In this document: positions 42,689 through 52,994 of the stretch, piece by piece | How positions within the stretch are numbered: the first letter of the stretch is position 1 | How the letters are laid out: each line of letters begins with the position of its first letter | Assembly: GCA_027923505.1 (NCBI GenBank) | Contig: BROI01000017.1 | Location: 248,001 to 312,000 of the forward strand | Source of the DNA: Mayamaea pseudoterrestris | Taxonomy: Eukaryota | DNA length: 64,000 bases | Direction of reading: 5' to 3' | The notes under the pieces: model-generated | What the model was told of the DNA's origin: nothing | What the model saw: the letters and a program-made list of their open reading frames with translations, nothing else | Databases searched by the model: none | Position numbers and translations under genes: made by a program

Positions 42689-45600
42689 TCATAGCTGATA
42701 GCCACGACCTCGCTTTCTCGGGTCCTCAGCGTTTGTCGCGGGCACACTTGGTGCGGTTTGAGGCTTTCGAACATTTTTGGATTCAGCCTTACGAGGATCG
42801 GCCGATTTGTTGCGAGGGGCATTGGCGGAAGTAGCCACTGACTCATGCTTTCGCTTTCCCTTTGCCGGCTTGCGAGGGTCGACAGGTTTCGCGACATTGC
42901 CCATTCGCTTATAGGGCGGTGACTCCGACAGCGGTGCACCGGTGGCAGATGAGTCACTTTGGTGATTGTCGCCTGGGGCAGATTCAGCACACTTGCGTAT
43001 CCGTGCATTTGACGCTTCAGTAGGAGCATCTCGTTTTCGCGGGTCGACAGATTTTGGCATTTCCGATGAAGCTGCTTTTTTTCGCGCATGGGCCTCTTTC
43101 GACTTTGTGTCCTTCTTCCGAGGGTCGGCCGGTCTTGGTGGAGAAGTAGCACTCGATGTGCTTCCAACGTCAACATCTTTCATTGGCGATGATGGTGACT
43201 CCTTTGCCCAACTGGTTATACTTCCAAAAAAGATTCTGTTGCCAGACCGCGACTCTGGAACACGAACCACTGCCTTGGTCTCTCTGGCATGCTCAACGAG
43301 ATCACGCCAATACGGATTCACGACAATTGATTCACACCGAGCAATTACAAAAAGCATGTGTTTCGCTCTTGTCAAAGCCACATTCATGCGGCGTACATCG
43401 GCAAGAAATCCAATCCCTCGACTGCCAGAGGCTCGAACTGCACTAAAGATCACAATATTTGCTTCTCGGCCCTGGAATGCATCCACCGTATTCACTTCCA
43501 CCAAATCAGTATATCGATCACCAAGCGCATTCTTAAAATATTGCTGGAGCAGTCTAGATTGCTGGGCGTAGGGTGTAATGATAGCAACGCGAGTTTTCGC
43601 GGACAGTCCTCGACTAACTTCCTTCAACTGCATGTACAGATGCACAGCAAGCTCCGCTTCGTCGGGATTCTTTAAACTCGTACCGCCACGTTCCTCCGAT
43701 GAGTCCAAATCAAGCACAGTAAATGGTTGGAATGCGGGAACGGCGCGACGAACAATGCCAAGGAGCGGGTTGCCGTAATCGGTCTGTTTAACGTTTGGAC
43801 CGTCAAGCAGTGTTCCATCGTAAAATATGTGGCGCGGAAAGTGGGAAATCTGTGGATGCATTCTATACTGTTCATTCAGCATGTAAACTGGTTCGCCAGC
43901 TTCTTCCAACCGCTGAAAGAGCGATCGATCATACTTTGTCGTCTTGCCTGAAACATTAAAGATTGTAGCCGGCAACTGCTGTGGATCGCCAACCAACACC
44001 GCATGACGGTTACCCAATTGTAATGCAGATAGTGATTGCGGCTCGACACTTTGAGCTGCCTCGTCAATCACAATGACTTCAAACTTGTCCACGCCTTCCA
44101 GTGCTCGTCCACCAGCTGATCCCAGCGTGGTCAAAACAATGTGCACCGAGTTCAGCACGTGGTTCTCCATGTTCTGTTGTATTTCAAAATGATTTGATCC
44201 ATTGTCGGCAGCTCCTTTAATTATAGTACATCGCTCCAAGTGTGTCTTGATTGTAAAATAACTTTCGACAAGCTTAACGATGCGAGCCATGAACGCGCGA
44301 TACTCTGGCATGCTCGTGGCTGGAAAGTGAGTTTCATCAGGTTCTGGCGGCGGCGGAACCTCATAGGTTGTAGATTGTTCTTTATGATTTACGAAAAAGA
44401 CTGCACCACTTTCATCAAACGTCTCCTCGTTAATGCGAATTTCCCAATTCCGTGACAACGGCCAAGGAGATGCAGTGGCAATAGCTTGGCATCGTTTTCG
44501 TAAATTAGCAATGTCTGTCGTAATTCTGCCTAGTTCGGATCGATACCCAGCAATCGCGGACTCCAACTTGCCTGCATCCATGTGTTCGCTGATAATGCTA
44601 TCAACCTTCGTCTCTAAAGCAACAGCTCGTACATTCGCACTCTGTCCAACACCGACGCGTATAATGCTTGGATTGTACCGTCGCCCCTGACCATCAATAA
44701 AACCGTCCTCCATAATCTTTAAAATAATATTGTCGACCGCAGTGTTGGAAGGGGCGCAGCAAAGCAATCGCGGCTTGGCTTTTCGCGCCAATTCCAGAGC
44801 GGCTGAACGTGTTCCAGTCGGCAGAGCCGCAATCCTCCGCACTTCCTCGTAGTACTTGTTATATTGCCGAATATGTAGTGAGTTCAAGCAAGCGACAAGT
44901 GTCGTAGTTTTGCCAGTGCCAGGTGGGCCCTTGATAAGTGTAAATCCTCCATCTCCATATTGATTAGCGCTAGCAGCAATCGCCGTCAACTGTGAATTGT
45001 TAAACTTCTTCGATGCATACTCCACAAAGCCCTTGCCAAGTGCTTCTCGACCGCCCATTTCCGTCAGTAATTGCTGGCTGCTTAATCGATGGAGCGCTTG
45101 CTTGCTATTCCCATTCGCCAAATGCTGGCCCAACAAAAATCGCTTCAACGGCAATGTTTCCATGCGACAAAGTGCGGTAAACTCTCGCAGAGCCGTCACG
45201 TTTCCTCCCTTCCATGGGACGGCAATCATGTTGGCTTGGCCAATCTGCGCCCACTTGCGTTTCGAGACCTTTACGACCAGTCCCTGAATGGATGCTCGTC
45301 CTTGCTCAACACGCCCCACCAATCCAGCGCGGCTGTAGAATGAATCATTGTTTCCGTCCGCCGCCGCAACCCGAGGTGTTCGCTTATTGTACAAGTCACG
45401 AAGCAAATCCTTGTGGTCGGGTGTCAGCAAAATGATCAAGTCATTGCTTGTAAACGAACCACTCGTTGGCTGCTGCGCCTGCGCCCCCTGACCAGTCGAC
45501 TGCTGCTGCTGCGGTAGACTCAAGTGTATATACGTTGCTGCATCTTCATATGGTTCCGACGACATGAGATTGTCGTAGTATGCTTGGTTGCGCCGCTTGG

Positions 45601-46318
45601 AGCCGCCGCCATTGTTGGCTCCGTTGCTCACGTTGCATTGAACGACAATGCCTGTAGCAGTCGCTGGAATCTCCTGCAGTAGCTGTGCTCTGCATTCCGC
45701 CAAGCACAATGGAGCCCAGGCTGCCATGTAGTGACGTGAATTAATAAACGTATCTGGCAATGCCTTCGTTGAATGCTCCATGGGAATGGAATGCTGAGTC
45801 TTGTAGTAATGCGTCAAAACGTCCCATTCGCGAAGGCTCTTCCAAAAGTCATCGGGTTGAATGGTGGAAAATCCGGAACCTTCCGTGTCATTGGATGCCG
45901 TCGATGTTGCTGCTGCGTTATGCACGAGTTGCGAAAGCAGCTTGGGCGCCGTCGACTTTGTCTTGATCGTGGCTGTTGATTCTGTTGCGGCAAATTTGCG
46001 TGAGAATCGAGGAGACGACTGCTTCGGTTCATCGCTATCACTGTCGATATTGATAACTTCAGGTTTCGCAGGAGGTTTGTTGTTTTGCTGTGCAGTCGCT
46101 CGAGCCGCTGCTAGTATTGACAAAGAGCTGGATGGCTTCTTCGACGTTGGTCGTCGGAGAGGAGCTGCGCTTCTGACAGGTGCAAGTTGCGACGGTTGCG
46201 GCTTTTGGTCATTCGTAGTTGACAGCGACGCAGCAGCTAGGGCCACCGGCTTTGTAGATAGACTTGCTGCGAGTCGTCGCTGTCTCGCGATGATTTCGCG
46301 TTCTCTTGAAGACGACAT
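42689..46318 (-). CDS. SEN1: Sen1/senataxin-like SF1B (Upf1-like) RNA/DNA helicase with WW-like insertion and DPRK-repeat tail
   Basis: FNNSQLTAI, LIKGPPGTGKT, CAPSNTAVD, IDEAAQ, LVGDPQQLPAT, SLFQRL, QYRMHP, ITPY, TVDAFQGRE, IGFLADVRRMNVALTRAK; TALREF Sen1-type motif. Confidence 0.9.
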   Translation of the reverse strand: MSSSREREIIARQRRLAASLSTKPVALAAASLSTTNDQKPQPSQLAPVRSAAPLRRPTSKKPSSSLSILAAARATAQQNNKPPAKPEVINIDSDSDEPKQSSPRFSRKFAATESTATIKTKSTAPKLLSQLVHNAAATSTASNDTEGSGFSTIQPDDFWKSLREWDVLTHYYKTQHSIPMEHSTKALPDTFINSRHYMAAWAPLCLAECRAQLLQEIPATATGIVVQCNVSNGANNGGGSKRRNQAYYDNLMSSEPYEDAATYIHLSLPQQQQSTGQGAQAQQPTSGSFTSNDLIILLTPDHKDLLRDLYNKRTPRVAAADGNNDSFYSRAGLVGRVEQGRASIQGLVVKVSKRKWAQIGQANMIAVPWKGGNVTALREFTALCRMETLPLKRFLLGQHLANGNSKQALHRLSSQQLLTEMGGREALGKGFVEYASKKFNNSQLTAIAASANQYGDGGFTLIKGPPGTGKTTTLVACLNSLHIRQYNKYYEEVRRIAALPTGTRSAALELARKAKPRLLCCAPSNTAVDNIILKIMEDGFIDGQGRRYNPSIIRVGVGQSANVRAVALETKVDSIISEHMDAGKLESAIAGYRSELGRITTDIANLRKRCQAIATASPWPLSRNWEIRINEETFDESGAVFFVNHKEQSTTYEVPPPPEPDETHFPATSMPEYRAFMARIVKLVESYFTIKTHLERCTIIKGAADNGSNHFEIQQNMENHVLNSVHIVLTTLGSAGGRALEGVDKFEVIVIDEAAQSVEPQSLSALQLGNRHAVLVGDPQQLPATIFNVSGKTTKYDRSLFQRLEEAGEPVYMLNEQYRMHPQISHFPRHIFYDGTLLDGPNVKQTDYGNPLLGIVRRAVPAFQPFTVLDLDSSEERGGTSLKNPDEAELAVHLYMQLKEVSRGLSAKTRVAIITPYAQQSRLLQQYFKNALGDRYTDLVEVNTVDAFQGREANIVIFSAVRASGSRGIGFLADVRRMNVALTRAKHMLFVIARCESIVVNPYWRDLVEHARETKAVVRVPESRSGNRIFFGSITSWAKESPSSPMKDVDVGSTSSATSPPRPADPRKKDTKSKEAHARKKAASSEMPKSVDPRKRDAPTEASNARIRKCAESAPGDNHQSDSSATGAPLSESPPYKRMGNVAKPVDPRKPAKGKRKHESVATSANAPRNKSADPRKAESKNVRKPQTAPSVPATNAEDPRKRGRGYQL

Positions 46319-46523
46319 GCTGTCGCTCCATAATGGTCCAGGCAAAAAAGTAACGGCCCATCCATCATCCATGGTGTGGCGATGGAACCGGACCGCTGCG
46401 TCGCACCGATGTCGTACCGGTTACAGTGGATGCTGGTGCGACACAAAGCGAGTGCCACTCGAATCACGCGGTCACCATGGCGCACGCAGGTCATCAAGTC
46501 CGTCGGCTTGTTGTTCATTCGTC

Positions 46524-48986
46524 ATGTGGAGCCGCAACCTTGTCAACACCATCCAGACAGTGGCGCAAGCGGTGGCGCCTCCCTTGGATAGTGAAGACGA
46601 CGACGATGAGTACGACGATGAGGAGGAATACACGGATGACGAAGAAGACGAGTACGCAGGCTCCTCTTCACAGCACGACGACAAGGATGCTGATCGGCCA
46701 GGGACTCGCACTGGAGGACGTTTAGGCTTTGTCGGCCTCTTGACGAGAGCCATGGATAGGCATGCAAGTGATGATGATGAGGAGGAGGAAGAAGACGTTC
46801 ATCCTCAAGTCAACGGCTTTGACAAAGACTCAGCTGCTACGAACATTCAGCAATTTGCAAGCGCCAATTACAGCAGCGACGAAGAAAGTTTGGACCAACT
46901 CGAAGCAGCCGCTTTGGAAGTTGAACCGGACACACCAACGCCGCAAATGATGAGTCCGCAAATGAGAGAAAGTGGATCTGTTCACTCAAGGCTATTGAAG
47001 GCAGCAACACCCGAAGTGTTACAGCAGCTGCACATGCTAAAAGATGACGACGAATCGACCACCGACAGACGAGGAGGCCACGACCATAATCTGCAGCCAC
47101 TAGAGTCTCCAGTTTTGGATGCTAGTTTGACAGGCGGAACAGAGGATGTTACTACCGTTGAGCCGATGCAGCAGGCTGTCACTGCGACTACGAATGGTGA
47201 CGGCCAATTCGCAGCAAACGGTGGAGACGAGATTATACCTTCAACAGCGCCGGATGGACCCAAGACTGAATATCTGGTTGAGCCGGAGCCTACGATACAT
47301 GTTGCAATTGATGACTCGGATAATGTGGGGGCTCTTATCGAGCAGCCAGAGACGATAACAATGTTGAATCGAGAGACTCAAGTCGCAACTGTAGAGCCTG
47401 ATTCGAAAGCAGCAGAGGAATCTGCACAGCCACGTGCAATGGCGTTCAAAAGACCACCGCCTCCAGTAACGGCAGCAAAGATGCAGCAATCATCATCACC
47501 CGCGCCAACGAAAATGTCTCTGCCGAAACCGCCTTCGCCTCGGCCTGCAGTTTCTGCAAAGTCAAATGACGTTGAGCAGCCGCAGCAGCAGCAAGTGCTT
47601 GAAGATCGCTGTCGTCAGTTGGAAGAGCAGCTGGCAAAGGCGCAGCAAGAGCTTGCCATTCGAAATACGTCCAAAGCGGATGACCTAGATGTCTTGGCGG
47701 AGCAGATTCAGCAACAGGAGTCAAAGCAGTTGCAACTTGCTCAACAAACGCACCAACAAGAGATGGAAACGGTCACGCGGCAGTTTGACGCTCGCATTGA
47801 ACAACTACAGCGCGACATGCAGCAGGAGCAGAAAGCGTTTGATAAGGAACGTCAAGAGTTGTTAGCGCAGTTGCATAGTCAAGCCGATGTGCATCGTGTC
47901 GAGCAAGAGTTTACCAAGCAACAAAAGCAGCTGATTGAGACAATGACTTTGTTAGATGAACGCGAGCACCAAGTCTTGCAGTTGCGACAGACAATCAAAA
48001 ATTTAGAAAATCTCTTGCAGCAAAACAAGGCGACGCACATGGAGAATGAAGATATTTTGGAAGAAGTTCATCAAGAAAATGATCAGCTGCGAAACCACGT
48101 CGAGCAAGCGGAGGCGCGATGTCAAGTGCTAAAGGCCAAAGTTGAAGAACTCCAGCATCTCCAAGACAAAAATGCCCACACTCAACTCGAGTTGCGCATG
48201 GTCAAGGAAGAGTTGGAACGTGAGCGGGCCAAGAGTCAAAATGCAGTGGTATCGGCGTCAAATAGCAATCAGGTGCTCGAGGACGAGCGCGACGCCGCGC
48301 TGGCCATGGTCGAGGACTTGAAACAACAACTTGCAACAACGGAAGCCGATCTGGACATTGCACGAGCCGATTATCAGCGAATCTCGATGGTCAACAATAA
48401 TTTGCAATCTGCGTTGGAGTCGTTTCAGAGTGAACGCGAGGCGGAGGTGAGTATGCTGGAGGAGCAACGCCGAGACTCCGAACAAGCACTTGCTGCCGCT
48501 AACGCTGCTAGCGTGGAAGCTATAAAGAGCACATATGCTGAGCAGCTTCGGCAGGTGCAATCAGCGTCGGATGCTGCTGTAAGGACCACAATGCAACAGT
48601 GCCAGCAACTTGAGGTCCAGTTGAAACGATATGAGTCGGAGAATGTTCAAATGAGGCGATCACTCGATGAAGCTATTCATCGGCTGCAGATGAATCAAGA
48701 GGATGTCATTGATCGTTCGCTTATGAAAAACATACTCATGGATTGGCTGACCCGGACTGGCGTGAAGGAACGTCGAGACGTTTTGGAACTCATGGCGAGT
48801 GTCCTCCACTTTACGGACAATGAAAAGGAGCGCGTACACATTTCTACATCACACATTGCCAGCAGCATTCTTGGTAAATTGGCTGGACCAGTCCCAGAGG
48901 CTAAAGCCGATATGGAGAACCTGCAGGGAGACACGGTGAGCGAAAAGTTTTTAAACTTTTTGCTGGCCGAAACGGACGATGAGTAG
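46524..48986 (+). CDS. Golgin with C-terminal GRAB domain (GMAP210/Rud3-like)
   Basis: Acidic N-terminus and long coiled coil. IDRSLMKNILMDWL..RDVLELMASVLHFTDNEK (GRAB) followed by SEKFLNFLLAET (GA1-like). Confidence 0.8.
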   Translation: MWSRNLVNTIQTVAQAVAPPLDSEDDDDEYDDEEEYTDDEEDEYAGSSSQHDDKDADRPGTRTGGRLGFVGLLTRAMDRHASDDDEEEEEDVHPQVNGFDKDSAATNIQQFASANYSSDEESLDQLEAAALEVEPDTPTPQMMSPQMRESGSVHSRLLKAATPEVLQQLHMLKDDDESTTDRRGGHDHNLQPLESPVLDASLTGGTEDVTTVEPMQQAVTATTNGDGQFAANGGDEIIPSTAPDGPKTEYLVEPEPTIHVAIDDSDNVGALIEQPETITMLNRETQVATVEPDSKAAEESAQPRAMAFKRPPPPVTAAKMQQSSSPAPTKMSLPKPPSPRPAVSAKSNDVEQPQQQQVLEDRCRQLEEQLAKAQQELAIRNTSKADDLDVLAEQIQQQESKQLQLAQQTHQQEMETVTRQFDARIEQLQRDMQQEQKAFDKERQELLAQLHSQADVHRVEQEFTKQQKQLIETMTLLDEREHQVLQLRQTIKNLENLLQQNKATHMENEDILEEVHQENDQLRNHVEQAEARCQVLKAKVEELQHLQDKNAHTQLELRMVKEELERERAKSQNAVVSASNSNQVLEDERDAALAMVEDLKQQLATTEADLDIARADYQRISMVNNNLQSALESFQSEREAEVSMLEEQRRDSEQALAAANAASVEAIKSTYAEQLRQVQSASDAAVRTTMQQCQQLEVQLKRYESENVQMRRSLDEAIHRLQMNQEDVIDRSLMKNILMDWLTRTGVKERRDVLELMASVLHFTDNEKERVHISTSHIASSILGKLAGPVPEAKADMENLQGDTVSEKFLNFLLAETDDE

Positions 48987-49402
48987 TATGTAATTCGCTG
49001 CGCTAAATTATCTTTTTGTTTTTGATGTCGGCACTAGTACCGCCGGTATTCTCTAAAAGCTCACTAACAACGTAGTGATAGTTTAAAAAGGGTGATGACT
49101 ACTACATATTGGTAGGCACAATACATGCATTGTGACCAACCTGATCATCGAAGTGATGTGTGATGCCTATAGTAGCTGTTTTAGTCGTAGCGGTAATCGA
49201 TATAATGACGTTTTGTGGTCATTTTTGAAAGTTTGGTGGCGCGAGCGTTGCAGAAGAACGACCAAGATTACAAGGGCTCTGCTCTGCCTTCTGCTGCAAT
49301 CATCGTTGACAGCATCTTAGTTATCGATACTAAAGCTGCATTTCTGGACTCGAGTTTTGATAGTCGTTAATTCCTTAACGCCTTTGTTCGAGCGATTAGT
49401 TC

Positions 49403-49429
49403 CGTGACAGGTGACAGGTGACAGTGACA
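49403..49429 (+). repeat. Short tandem GTGACA(G) x4 upstream of the NIPA gene
   Basis: gtgacag gtgacag gtgaca gtgaca is seen directly, ~90 bp before the ATG at 49517. Confidence 0.6.
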
Positions 49430-49516
49430 TCCGGACATCTTCTACAGCGCGTCGCAGCATCTATCACCACTTTTTTGGATTAATTTAAGCTACCAAAAAA
49501 CTACACATTTACTATC

Positions 49517-50826
49517 ATGTCCACTATGGTCAGTCAGAGTGACTGGGCCAAGGGAATATCACTCAGTGTCCTCGCTAGCATTCTCGGTGCTGCATCCAAA
49601 ATGGCAATTCGAAAATCCTGGCTTTTGCAAGAGTCAATCAACGAAAGGACGACTCTAGAGGCAACAGAATATTACAGAGTAGTTGATGAAGTCATAGAAG
49701 AGGAAGTAGCAGTCGGCCCAGTTCGAAGAAGGATATCATTGGGAGGCTCGTCGACTCAATCGTCATCATTCGAATATGCGATAGTCGCTTCCGAGTCTCT
49801 AGATAAGCGTCGACTCTGGCCGGCGTATGCCTTGAGGTTTGGCGGGATGGCCGGAATGAGTATTTTCAATCCACTTTGCTGCGTTGTTGCCATGAACTAC
49901 GCCAGTCCAAGCATTTTGGCGCCGTTTAGCGGCCTGACGCTCGTTTGGATCATTGTACTCAGTGATGCCTTGATTCACGAAAAGGCCAGTTTCCGACAAA
50001 GGGTTGCTGCTGCACTAATCATCTTGGGAGAAATTATTGTTTCCTTGTATGGCGATCATACAAACGATCAAAATGTAACAGTAGATGATGTGGTACGTGC
50101 AGATTGGATGACGATGGACAATTTGCTGACGACGAGAAATCGAAACGAACAACAATCTGACACAATCCTTGACGCTTGCTTCACTCACTGTAGCGCAAAT
50201 CATATTCCCATGCACCGTTTCTACTATACTTTGCCGGTCTTTCGCTCTGGCTGGCCGTCATGGTTCGCTGGATGAGTAACGGCAATCGGGCAATGAAACG
50301 ATTTGCCTGGGGCGTCGCTGGAGGCTCCATTAGTGGACAACAAAACTTTTTAAAGGACGCTCTCATCGTTCTAAAGGCTACAAGACATCACCACAGTGAC
50401 AGCTTTCATCATCATTTACCTTGGTGGGTCTTTTTGTTGGTGGCATTGTCGATAACGAGCGCGTTTAGTGGCTTGCTGCTACTGACAGCCTGCATGAAGC
50501 GCTACGATGTCACCTTTTCGTCGGCCATGTTTGTCGGAAGTTTCATTGTGTCGACAAGCCTCATGAGCGTGGTTCACTATGATACCTTTCAGAATTTACA
50601 TTCCGTCACGAGTTGCGTTTTGTATCCGATTGGCTTTTTGGTGTTGATGAGCGGTGTGGGAATGCTGGTGCTTGAGGCCGATGACGGGAACAATGCCCCG
50701 CTCAATCTCGCGGCGGAGGATATACTTGCCAATCTACAAGCGCCACTGATCTCACACCCGACTACAACAACACATGTTAGTAGTGACATACAGAGCCAAT
50801 CGCAAATACATGGTGGGGCTGTTTGA
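49517..50826 (+). CDS. NIPA-type magnesium transporter/DMT family protein (two exons)
   Basis: GISLSVLASILGA, YASPSILAPFSGLTLVW, RYDVTF; intron ~50093-50193; about nine TMs. Confidence 0.75.
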
Positions 50827-51179
50827 CAATTCTCGTAATGCAACTGCGTAGCGACCTCTCGATCAATAAATCTGCACTGCACAACAGCCTCTCGCGAAAT
50901 AAACTTCCATGTAGCTACTGTGCTACAATTTTATGAACCATTCTTTCCATGAATAGCTGATGCGGGTGTCGACGAGATAGTACGAGACAGGCAAATACTC
51001 AAATACCGCAACGACTTGGAGCGTGAATGAAAAGTCATGACGCACTTTCTCGCCTGCGCCAAGCGTTTTTTCTTTGATGTTGTTGGCTCAGCTTTCGTTC
51101 CATGATCATTCATGTTGCACCATTGACTTACACTTGTAGAAGCAACGAAGACCCTATTACCAGTCGTCAACTGAGAATC

Positions 51180-52530
51180 ATGCCGCGGAAAATGATGCGA
51201 ACAGCGCTGCTGTCCATCTTCTGCCTTTCGGCGACGTCACATTGCTCCGCCTTTATGATACAATCTCCATCAATTGCATCAAGACAATTATATCCATCAC
51301 CTACTCGTCTCAACGAATTTGATGACGCCATGAAGGCTCGCTTGGATGGTATTCGAACATCCTATCAAACTCTGACAGCGCGCTTGGCCGACCCAGACGT
51401 TTTATCGGATCCCAACCTTCTCAAGCAAATCATGAGCGACCGTGCCCAAGCCCAAGACATTGTCTCCACTTTTGACGATTACTGCAAACTACAAGAGGAA
51501 CTAGCTCAAGCACGAGAGCTATTTCAGGAAGCTGGAGATGACAACGAGCTACGAGAAATGGCCCGCGACGAAGTCAAGCTGATGGAACCGCAAGTCACGG
51601 AAATGGAGGAACGCATGATGCGACTACTGCTACCCCGCGACAAAAATGACAATCGCAACGTCATGCTTGAGATCCGAGCAGGTACTGGTGGATCCGAGGC
51701 GGCTATATTTACTGGAGACTTGCTGGATGTTTACCGCAAATACTTTGCGACGCAAAACTGGAAGTCGTCAGTAGTTGATTCCAGTCCGGGTGACAGTGGC
51801 GGCTACACCAAGGTGACAATGGAAGTCAAGGGAGACATGGTGTACTCCAAATTAAAGTGGGAGGCTGGTGTGCATCGGGTCCAGCGAGTGCCGGCCACGG
51901 AAACGCAGGGACGCGTTCACACGTCGACGGCGACGATTGCCGTCATGCCCGAGTGCGACGAAATTGACATTAACATTGGCCCAAAGGATATTGAAATGAG
52001 TACCACAAGGAGTGGTGGTGCTGGTGGACAAAACGTGAACAAGGTTGAGACAGCGGCTGATCTCGTGCATAAACCGACGGGAATTAGAATGTAAGTTGTG
52101 ACTTGACCATGTTGAGCGTGTGTGGTGCGTCCTGGTGCGTGCATCGAATCTGATGACCGCGTCTGACACATTGTATCAAACTGTTTCGTATTCTGTTCAC
52201 AGAAAATGCACACAGGAACGATCACAGCTCAAAAACAAGGAGTTGGCCATGAAGATTCTTCTTGCTAAACTTTACGACATTGAGAACGAGAAGCGCGAAA
52301 TGGAGGAGCGAGCGCGCCGTGGTTCGCAGGTTGGCACAGGAAGCCGGTCTGAAAAGGTTCGAACGTACAATTGGAAGGATTCGCGAGTATCGGAGCATCG
52401 TTTGAATCAAAATTATCCGCTGCAGCAAGTGCTGAACGGAGATCTGGAGCCTCTAATTGAGTCGCTGATAGCAAAGGACCAGGAGGAAAAGCTCAAGGAG
52501 CTAACACTTGGGTCTGCCGTTGTAAAATAA
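51180..52530 (+). CDS. prfA: Plastid peptide chain release factor 1
   Basis: CSA-FMI targeting; [26 protein letters not shown] (PxT), [12 protein letters not shown] (GGQ). Intron 52091-52202, then ERSQLKNK and RSEKVRTYN. Confidence 0.95.
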
Positions 52531-52994
52531 GCTATTACAATTAACGAAAACCTCTATATTACTCCCATTCTGCGCTTCCGTTCGACAGCTATGTCTCACG
52601 CTACTGGTCCATACATAACATACATAGCAACCGCGAAGGAGGAGCAATTGCAAAATCGGCTACGTAGTCTACCGGTAGCTGACGCATGAAAACGAATCCT
52701 AGAAAACATGAAAACTCGAACTCTAATCATGGAAACGTGACATGATCCGTGCGTGATGGCAATGGAACGAAAATCGCGAGACAACTTTTCCTTCACCTTC
52801 ATAATCGGCGACCATTCAGGCCGATTGATCAATAAGTACGCTCTGTTTTTAACCTACAACTGTAAAGAGTGTTGACAGAGAACTAATTTGTAGAAAAAGC
52901 CGTGTTGCTAGCATTATTTTTTCATATTTCGTCGTTCCTTCTTGACACCTCAGCCGGCGTCGTCGCACGCCGACAACATTGGCAGACAAACAAA

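Noticed and set aside
45861..46523. Apparent overlap of the 1041-aa ORF with the helicase
   Set aside because: The extension is antisense to the helicase 5' end. The golgin most likely starts at ATG 46524 and the helicase at 46318.
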